64,000 nucleotides of DNA, taken from NCBI RefSeq assembly GCF_000315625.1, contig NW_005434596.1, forward strand, positions 234,360 to 298,359, written 5' to 3'. The first letter of the stretch is position 1. The number at the start of each line of letters is the position of its first letter. Source of the DNA: Guillardia theta CCMP2712. Taxonomy: Eukaryota > Protista > Cryptophyta. The position numbers and the translations under genes were made by a program. The notes under the pieces are model-generated. The model had not been told where the DNA came from, did no database searches, and saw only the letters and a list, made by a program, of their open reading frames with translations. This document shows positions 33,101 to 41,148 of the stretch, one piece after another.

Positions 33101-35102
33101 AGCCTGGTCTGCGCCGGCTACCTCTGCAACATCACTTTTGATACGGTGATGTACGTTGTCTTCCGATCCGTCATCAGGATGCTGGAGTTTCCGAACCAGT
33201 ACAGCCTCTCCTCCCTGGTCAGGCTCTTCAAGTACGGGAGCGAGGCGCTGACGAGGGAGGAGATGGACAAGCTCAACCTGCTCAAGGTGTGGATCCAGCA
33301 TCGGTTGAAGTTCTTCGTGACCAACCAGGACCTGAACGAGACCAAGCCCAAGCAGGACGCGAGGGAGATGAACGAGATCCTCAAGATCGATGAGCACTTC
33401 TCTAGGTCCGGAGAGGGTGACTTTCTCTCGGGCGCCAACAGGGAGCGCTACGGCAGGAGCATCTTCCTCACCGACTCCTGTATGCAGGCCCAGAGCAGGG
33501 GAGACGACGAGCAGACGGAGAACAAGAATATGTGGAAGGTCCTGCACCAGTTCCTCATCCATATGCCGGAGGTCCAGCATGCCATGGCGAGCTTCAGGCT
33601 GAGGAAGGAGCTCATGACTCCCGATCTCTTCTACCACCTGTTCAACTCCAAGAAGATGAATCGCAGGTGCTTGAACGAGGTGTTTGATGAGAAGAACATC
33701 AAGCTCTCCGAAGTTCTGGTGAAGCTTGGCATCGATCCTACTACTATCCCTTCCTCCTGGCAGAACGTCAATCTCTTCAACTCGCAGAACGACGAGGCCA
33801 ACAGGAACTCCAACGTCTTCAACATGGTGATTGCGGGCCAGAACTGCGCGCTGACGGTGAACATCATCTCTCTCTTGCTCATCGCGCCGATGTTCAGGGG
33901 TGACAACGTCAACATCCTCCATCAGCTCCAGCAGAAGCACACCATTGCCGAGGTGGTCAAGACCTCTATGGAGATGCGCATTCCCAGGACCTACTGGCCC
34001 GTGGACAAGATCCCCACACTGCAAGTGGACCACATGGGAGAGTGGGTGAACTTCAACATGCAATCTTGCAGGAGCCAGCCGCAGCTATCGAAGCAGTTCT
34101 TCAAGAGGATCAACGATGTGGTTTGGAACGGGACGGTGCCCAAGCTCAACAGCATGAAGAGCACGATGAAGCCCTTCTTTTTAGAGGAGCTCTACTGCTG
34201 CGGGCACTACGTCAACGTCTGCAAGAGGAAGGTGGACGGCATGGAGCTGAGCGACAACCCCGTCACCTGCGATGACTACTTCAACCTGATGGAAATCAAC
34301 AACGATGCCTTCCCCTTCAGCTTCCCCAAGTTCACGGGCAACGGCAGGTATATCTTCACCAGGATCAAGCTCTGGTGCATCGTTGACATCCTCAACGACC
34401 ACTTCGACATGCACATTTACAAGGTCTCGGAGGAGGAGGAGCTCGAGCTCAAGAGCCATCTAAAAGGCAGCCTCCAAGACCTCTTCAGGCTGATCTACAA
34501 GATGAAGGTTGTGCCCTTTCCCATGATCAATCACAAGAGATTGGTCTATAGCCATCCCGGAGTCCATGGCCTGTACAGGGATTTCAGGGATGAGATCGAT
34601 GGCGGCAAGCCCATTGATTTTGGCACTCTGGTGCAGCACGAGGATGGCTCCTGGTGCTCTAGGGAGGGCAACTACCTGGTTGAGGTGAAGTACCTGGACG
34701 AGGACGATGAAGACAACGAGGGGAGGGGCTACCGCTTCGAGATCGGCTTGCACCACATCCATAAGGTTTTGGTGGCAGAGCTGACACCCATCCACGTCAA
34801 GTTCGATACCTTTCCGGACAACCTAGGTGCCAGCAGCATCGCTTACTTTAAAGATCTGACCGCTTTGCTTAGGTTTCATCTACCCCAAGAAGTTCAGGGT
34901 GAGCGAGGAGGGAGAAGAGTACGTCAAGGTCTTCTATGTCGCAGACGAAGACATCACCGTGTTCGTGGGCGTCAGCACGATGACCTCGGATGACATCAAC
35001 GACAAGGTCAAGACCACCTGCATCGATCTTGCGGTGGAGGATATGATCTACAGGGCGAGGCCAGGGGACAACGTGGCGGATGTCTTAGCCTACAGGCAGT
35101 GA
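23981..35102 (+). CDS. Giant protein part 2: Cys-rich repeats, RCC1-like propeller, Gly-rich domain, then a ~1400-aa non-repeat region with degenerate AAA+ motifs; last exon after intron 34827-34872
   Basis: 3670-aa ORF. RCC1 repeats (VKCWGLNDMGQLG, VRCWGDNSHGQLG, CWGYNEFGQLG) at ~24970-26110; poly-Gly block at ~29390-29900; Cys repeats stop at ~30760. A 46-nt intron joins it in frame to ORF 34899-35102. Confidence 0.85.
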
Positions 35103-35169
35103 CCAGATACCCGATAAGCCTCAGTAAAAACTATTTGAGCTCAAACCCCTTGATTCTTTGCAGTCCCGG

Positions 35170-35640
35170 ATGCAGAGCTATTACAGCGGCATACTTCAGA
35201 GACCTGTTCATGAGCGGAAGGAGGCTTTAGATATATCAAAAGAGGCAGAGAGGCTCGAGAAAATGTTACCATCCAGTGAGGCGGAGGAGATAGACATAGG
35301 CAAGGAGGAGAGGCTGCCGCTGAACCAAGAATTCAAGGACATAGAGTCGCTCGACGGGCAGCATAGCCAAGTGGAGGCACTGGACCTGCACGAGAGGCTC
35401 AAAGAGGGGAATATGAACCTCTCCATGTTCAACCTTAAGTTCTTCTTCCATCCCAAGAAGTCAGAGGACGAGGGGCTCTGGAATGACTTCAAGAGCATGG
35501 CACTCGAACCTTCCTCCGAGGCCTACGAGGACGTCGAGGGGCAGATCTGCGAGGGGGAGAGGGTGCAGGATCTTCAGAGGGAGGTGGAGAGAGAAGGGAT
35601 GCAACAGAGTCAGGAGTTGTTTACAATATCGGAGGCTTGA
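35170..35640 (+). CDS. Orphan acidic protein in the island
   Basis: ~157-aa ORF from ATG with island-type codon usage; converges on the next gene with a 16-nt gap. Confidence 0.55.
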   Translation: MQSYYSGILQRPVHERKEALDISKEAERLEKMLPSSEAEEIDIGKEERLPLNQEFKDIESLDGQHSQVEALDLHERLKEGNMNLSMFNLKFFFHPKKSEDEGLWNDFKSMALEPSSEAYEDVEGQICEGERVQDLQREVEREGMQQSQELFTISEA

Positions 35641-35656
35641 GAGTCTCTCTCTCCCC

Positions 35657-37557
35657 TCACTTCATTCCATTGTAATAAAGGGTGCTATACACCTCGTCCC
35701 CATTGATCGGGTTGTTGAGGACGAAGAGCTCTATGTTCTGGATCATGGGGAAGCTGAGAACCGGAAGCACGTGCCTCCAGCAGTCCTTCCATACGTGCTT
35801 GCACTGGTAGGCACAGAGGTAGAGCTGGAAGAGCTTGGTCAAGCTGAAGTGGGCCAGGGCGCTTATGCTCAGAGAGCCCAGGCATTCCATGCGGAACTTC
35901 GCCAGCTCCTCGAAGGCCTGCTTCTTGTAAGTGATCATCTCGATGATCTTCTGCAGGGTGGTGAGGTCTGGGTTGGTGATGGGGGTCTTCAGCACGTTCA
36001 TGACCATATCTGCATTCAGCACCTTCTCGAGATATTCCTTGTGGTTGAGAGTCGGCATGCTCATGATGATGTAGGTCATGAACCTTGTCCTCTTGCTGAT
36101 GGTGTTTGGGAATCTGACGTAGTTCAGCCAGGAGTCGAAGCTGTTCATGTTATAGACCGTCTTGATCCTGTCATCGGTGTGCTTGGCCACCAGGCTCTTC
36201 AGCCTCGGCCTCCCCTTGTGCAGTTGCAGGATCTTCTGCCTCATCTCAAACTTGGCGTTCTCCCTGATTGTCATGAATATGTTGATGTTGTGTATGAAGT
36301 CGTTGCTGAGATGGCAGCAGGAGGTGATGGAGGATATCAGCTCGTCGTAGTCCTCCGTGTTGAACCTGTAGTCTGCATACTTGCTCGTGAACTGCAGGGC
36401 CTTGTTCCTCATGTTGCCCTCAAAGATCTCGACCAGGAACCTCTCCATGGCGATGAAACTTGTCAGACCCATGACGTTCATCAAGAGCAGGATCTTGCAG
36501 CTGTTGACGATGTCGATCTCTTGGTTGCCTATGAAGCCAACGGATTTGAGCAGGTTCGTATGGATCCTGAAGATCTCGTTGCCGGCGAGCTCGGCCTCAA
36601 GGTCCTCGGAGTTCATCCTGATGTGCTTGATGAACTGTATCCAAGTGGAAGTGTCTCCCAGGGTGTTGCTGTTCTTGAAGGCTATGTTCTCGTACACCCA
36701 GATCCAATTGACAAACACCGGGCTCTGGTACTCATCCCCGAGATTGTCTGTCTCCTCCTTGTAGGTGGTGAGGATGAGCTGCTTCACCTTCTCGTAGGCC
36801 TCCATGGATATCTTCAGATCGGACACTCTATCGATTAGGCTCTCAGTCTCCGGAAGGCTCTCTGCTACGGATTCCCCTACGGACTCCCCTATCGACTCAC
36901 TGACGGATTCACTAACGGATTCTGTCTCTGATTCTGGATCCGAAGTCTCACCCTCTCTCAACCTATCGAGCCTCTTCCCAATGTCCTCTATGTCAAGGCT
37001 ATGCTTGGCAGATGCCGCCCTGTCTCTCTGTTCCTGCAGGATCCGCTGGTTCCTATCCTCTCTCTTGCGGTGGGCAAGGAAATGAGCCTTGATGTGCTTG
37101 ATGTTCTTCATGCAGGAGATGAGGAAGGGGACGATGCTCTCTGGGTCATTGTGGTCGACGCTGATGTTGGAACACCCCTGGACATACCTCCCCACAAGCT
37201 TCTCGGTCAGCACCTTCTTCAGGCTCTCTTCAGAGAGGTTCTTTACCGGCTCCGCCTTGGGCTGCGAGCACATTCTCTCCGCCTGCTTCCACTCCTGTGC
37301 GCTGATGCTGAAGGCGGACCTTGCCTTGACGTCCTTGCCAATCACCCTGAAGGGCATCTTCAAGCTTCCGAGGACCTTAATCTCCTTGCTGTGACTCTCC
37401 AGCGCATTCCTGTCTATGTTGCTGATGTCTATGGATGGAACCTTGTCGATGGAGGACAAGTTCTTCAATGCGCTCTCGTTCATAAAGTCTGGTTCGTGCC
37501 TTGCCTGTGAATCGAGTGAATTTAAATGACTGGATGAGCCATACATACAGATTTCAT
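35657..37557 (-). CDS. Orphan ~618-aa protein with an (ESVS/ESIG) repeat linker; 3-codon first exon and a 44-nt intron
   Basis: ATG AAA TCT|GTATGT...TCACAG|GCA AGG CAC is in frame with the long ORF 35657-37546. Confidence 0.75.
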
Positions 37558-37567
37558 GGACTCGCGC

Positions 37568-38218
37568 TCATGGGCATGTCTTGGGCTGCGGCTTCCACTG
37601 CGGGACGCTGATCTTCAGGAGCTTCGAGGGCGTGAAAGGGTCCTGATTGATCCTTATGATGTGGTCCACCTCGTGCGGGAGGCTGATCTTGAGCTCCTCA
37701 TACTTCTCCACCACGCTGCTCTCGAAGCCCACCCATTGCAGGCTGTAGATCGGGTTGCAGTGCTTCATGTTGCAGTTTGCCAGCAGCAGCTTGTATCTAT
37801 CGTAGGGGCTTGTCTGCATGAGACTCTTCGAATCCAGCAAGGGGCAGTCGAAGACAAGGATCTTGGGCACGCTGGCCTCCAGAGTCACCTGGTCTTCCGT
37901 GTAGTGAGCAAGAAAGCAGGAGTTGGCTGGCACCGCCTTGCAGAGCATGAGATCCGGATGCGCCAGATACAGCTTGTCGTCCAGGAAGATAAGAGTGTTG
38001 CCATCCCGATCCACGTAGATCAGGAAGGAGACCCTGTGTTTTGGGAGCCAGGTGGCCATAGGCTGGCCCTGGATGGATTCTGGAGCTTGCTGCCCTGTCT
38101 TGAACGGCTTGGTCTCTACGATCAGTGGCCTTAGCATGTCCAAGGGTATGTTGAACACTTGGTATACCTCCATCAGGCACAAGTTCACCACAAACCTCTC
38201 CTTCATAATGCTTTCCAT
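37568..38218 (-). CDS. Divergent nucleotidyltransferase (mRNA capping enzyme/ligase fold)-like protein
   Basis: 216 aa; SFLIYVD...FLAHYTED...ILVFDCPLLDSKSLMQTSPYDRYKLL resembles motifs III/IIIa and the following helix. No KxDG motif. Confidence 0.5.
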   Translation of the reverse strand: MESIMKERFVVNLCLMEVYQVFNIPLDMLRPLIVETKPFKTGQQAPESIQGQPMATWLPKHRVSFLIYVDRDGNTLIFLDDKLYLAHPDLMLCKAVPANSCFLAHYTEDQVTLEASVPKILVFDCPLLDSKSLMQTSPYDRYKLLLANCNMKHCNPIYSLQWVGFESSVVEKYEELKISLPHEVDHIIRINQDPFTPSKLLKISVPQWKPQPKTCP

Positions 38219-38331
38219 CTTTCAATGCTCCCAACTATTCAACAGCTCAAAGTAGAATTTGAATCGAAACTAAAAAAAAATGAAAGGATGTATTTAAGAC
38301 TTTGAACCGAACTCGGAGTGACTTGTCAGAA

Positions 38332-39621
38332 ATGGACGACAAAGATCCCTTTTCTCTGGCCATCGGAGTTGTGTATGTGATGCTGACCACCTCAGTCGGC
38401 ATCTTCAACTTCTTACAGAAGTTCTACCCATCGTTGGAGCTGCTGAAACAGTGCAACGTTGAGATGAACCAGTACACAAGCAACCCTTGTGCCTGCTGGC
38501 GCTCCATCCGGCCTACCTACTACACCCGCAGGAACTATGAGAGTATTATCTACGAGCCGAACAAGATCCAGAGCCTTGTTCCTTTCCTTTTCGTTGCCCT
38601 GTCACTGGTGCTGGCGTTCATGAACAAGATCACGGAATTGTTCGACATGCTGCGAGTATGCAACTACGTCAACTTCTTCCTGTCCTACGTCGCGATCATG
38701 GATATGTTCTATTGCCCCGTAGAATACAAGAAGGTTGTCATTTACAGCTACTACAAGAACGATGCCATTCTCAACTTTGGTTTCATCGTGTTCACGGTCT
38801 TTATTCTGAAGCACTTTGTTCCGAATCTGTCGAGCATTGAGAACGAGAAGAAGAGACTAGCCTACAGGAAGAAGTATCTCTTCAGAAGCCCTCCCGTCTC
38901 GATTCTGTGGTTCATCATCCTTTGCACGAGCTTGTGGGGAATGTACGCTTACGACGAAGACAACGACGAGAACTTCCCCTACCGATGTGCTTGCATCTTG
39001 TTCTACTATCTGAGCATCGCGCAACTGCGACGCTCCGTGTTCTATGTGATGTACAGCAACAAGAATAGTGAGTACATGCAAGCCATCTGGAATACTAGCG
39101 GAGTATTCAAAACGTTGCGCAAAAGCACCTCACAATACTATGTGTGCCACGTGAGCGAATGCACGGCCAGTTTCTGTGCCAATGTCTTCGCCACCACTCT
39201 CGGGCCTCGGTACATGGTCGTCATCGACGATACCAACCCGATCAAGGTCATCTATTGCATCTACTGGAAGAATGGCACCACCATGAGAACGAATCTCTTT
39301 GGCACTTACAAAGATCAGGTCAAGGTAAAAACCCGCATCCTGCCCATCAGTGGACTGCGGGCGGTTGAAGTTGAGCTATTCGATGCCGATCCAAAGAACC
39401 AGACTTTCTACCTCCCTCGCAGAGGCCAACATGAAACTCCAAACGGCATCTGCAAGGCATTGATCGTTAAGCTTGGATCCCCCGACGCCAGTTTCACCAT
39501 CTCCAAGTTGAAGACTGGAAAGAGCATGCAGGAGCTGAACGTGAATGTTATGTTCAGTGCCTACTTCATGTTTGATGATAATCCATATTGGAAGCAAGTG
39601 ATCCAGTTCAACACTCTCTAA
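38332..39621 (+). CDS. Orphan multi-pass membrane protein with a soluble C-terminal domain
   Basis: ~429-aa intronless ORF with five to six hydrophobic segments in the N-terminal ~250 aa. Confidence 0.7.
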   Translation: MDDKDPFSLAIGVVYVMLTTSVGIFNFLQKFYPSLELLKQCNVEMNQYTSNPCACWRSIRPTYYTRRNYESIIYEPNKIQSLVPFLFVALSLVLAFMNKITELFDMLRVCNYVNFFLSYVAIMDMFYCPVEYKKVVIYSYYKNDAILNFGFIVFTVFILKHFVPNLSSIENEKKRLAYRKKYLFRSPPVSILWFIILCTSLWGMYAYDEDNDENFPYRCACILFYYLSIAQLRRSVFYVMYSNKNSEYMQAIWNTSGVFKTLRKSTSQYYVCHVSECTASFCANVFATTLGPRYMVVIDDTNPIKVIYCIYWKNGTTMRTNLFGTYKDQVKVKTRILPISGLRAVEVELFDADPKNQTFYLPRRGQHETPNGICKALIVKLGSPDASFTISKLKTGKSMQELNVNVMFSAYFMFDDNPYWKQVIQFNTL

Positions 39622-39762
39622 AAGCCGCACCGAGCGGATCAAGGTAGAAGCTATGAAGGGGCCTGTAATTGGGATTCTCTGAGCTGTAATAAACGTCCAA
39701 ATCTTATACCTGTCTCCCTGCACGATATATAGCGCACCGCAATTACGCACTTGCATGCAGAG

Positions 39763-40140
39763 ATGTCCATGAAATTGTACCTAGGTGATAAGCTTGACTT
39801 GGTCAAGGCAGATGATAAGATCGTGGTGGAGAACGTGGGGAGTGTGATCCTGAGCCTCGGGAAGGAATACGCCTTCCACGGCTTCGACATCAAGAAGAAC
39901 GAAAGCGGCTACGTCCTCTCCGCCATGCCCTCCCCGCATTCCAACATATCGCTGCTTGACCTGCAGATGATCAAGGACTGCAACCCGGTCAGGGTGCAGG
40001 ACGTGTTTGTGAGCCTGTCGGAGGCGGGGCTGAGGGTGAGCGTGAATATCCTGAGTTCCAACGTCCCCGTCATCCTCACGGAGACCGACGTTATCAGGGT
40101 GAAGAAGAGGAGGATATGGAATTTATTTCATAAACCCTGA
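39763..40140 (+). CDS. Orphan ~125-aa protein
   Basis: Clean ORF with island-type codon usage; basic C-terminus VKKRR. Confidence 0.65.
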   Translation: MSMKLYLGDKLDLVKADDKIVVENVGSVILSLGKEYAFHGFDIKKNESGYVLSAMPSPHSNISLLDLQMIKDCNPVRVQDVFVSLSEAGLRVSVNILSSNVPVILTETDVIRVKKRRIWNLFHKP

Positions 40141-40144
40141 TACC

Positions 40145-40378
40145 TCACTGATGGAAGATCTCCTTGTGTGTGATGAACTTGGGAGGGTTTTTGCTCCTGA
40201 ACCTCTCTATCACCTCTGCAACCTCCCACTTTGAGTTTCTCCAGGGGCAGGGGCAAAGGTGGTCCACCGGGCATCTCCTCTTCTGCAGCGGGCAGTAGAT
40301 GCATCGCTTCGAGCGGGGGAAGAGGTTCGGATAGACCCTGCCCATCACCTTGCTCACCTCCTTGCTAAGCCTTTCCAT
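40145..40378 (-). CDS. Small Cys/His-rich putative Zn-binding protein
   Basis: 77 aa, CIYC...CPVDHLCPC; convergent with the previous gene, 4 nt apart. Confidence 0.6.
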   Translation of the reverse strand: MERLSKEVSKVMGRVYPNLFPRSKRCIYCPLQKRRCPVDHLCPCPWRNSKWEVAEVIERFRSKNPPKFITHKEIFHQ

Positions 40379-40519
40379 TCACGTTTATTCATTACTGACT
40401 GTCCACGTACTGATTTTTAACTTAACTTTGAGTAAAAGATTCGCAGTATGAGAGGGTGTCCAATAGCACGAGTCTAAATAGCATGTTTAAATATTGAAAT
40501 TAAACCGTATATTTTTATA

Positions 40520-41080
40520 ATGGGCCGGAATGACTGGGCTCGGAGTCCGACTCAGTGGCCCGACGGGCCCGCTGTGACAGTGTCCAACCGTCTGAACTGC
40601 GGCTGCCGTGCATTCAGTTATCATCGGACGGCCGCACAAACAATCCGGATATTTTAACTGGTAGAACGTCGGGCAGAGCGACGGCCGGGCGCCGCCGGGG
40701 CCCGAGGGAGCCTCGGCCCGGAGCTAGTCACTGAGTACTGATGGAGCCCCAAAGGTTAAGCTAACCGGGAGATCGGCCTCATCGAGCTCGACCCGCCCCC
40801 CACCCCCTCCCCCCCCGGGCCCGGGTGATCGGACCCAGTATCACTGAGTAGTAGTGCCGCACTGAGTGACGTACCCCGGGCGAGGGTTTCAACGGCCAGC
40901 TCAGTAGGAACTCACAGTTGGGTGATGGAACGTGAAGTCCGATGCGGTTCCATGCGGTCAGCACGTACTAGGCTACGCCATGATGAGCCAGAGATGAGAG
41001 GACGACAGCTGATAGTACAGCATGCTACGGCATGCCGCCATGATGATCTAAGTCTGGCTCAGTGAAGCCGCTGCTCAGCC
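40520..41080. repeat. GC-rich palindrome-rich intergenic element with recurring CACTGAGT/ACTCAGTG
   Basis: Motif copies at ~40550, 40729, 40842 and 40860, near-copies at ~40899 and ~41057; hairpin CCGAGG-GAG-CCTCGG at 40702-40716. Confidence 0.55.
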
Positions 41081-41148
41081 GCTGCTGCTGCTGCTGCTGC
41101 TGTGAAGGAAGTTACCAAGGGAGGGGCTGGTGAACAGCAGCAAGGAAG

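Larger units (their letters stand above)
19000..40400. mobile_element. Putative endogenous large-DNA-virus-like island (gene-dense, intron-poor, microsatellite-free)
   Basis: No microsatellites over ~21 kb; multi-kb uninterrupted ORFs; intergenic gaps of about 4-140 nt; orphan genes; capping-enzyme-fold and AAA+-like proteins. No capsid, polymerase or integrase seen. Confidence 0.6.

Noticed and set aside
25811-36838. Long antisense ORFs (25811-27319, 30659-32506, 32708-34063, 35483-36838)
   Set aside because: Shadows of strongly biased sense-strand codon usage; no recognisable motifs.
38280-38331. Third island intron upstream of the membrane-protein gene
   Set aside because: Splicing the candidate 38290-38329 creates an in-frame TAA.
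19000-40400. Classifying the island as a Polinton, virophage or DNA transposon
   Set aside because: No integrase, protein-primed polymerase, packaging ATPase, capsid gene, long TIRs or target-site duplication is recognisable.
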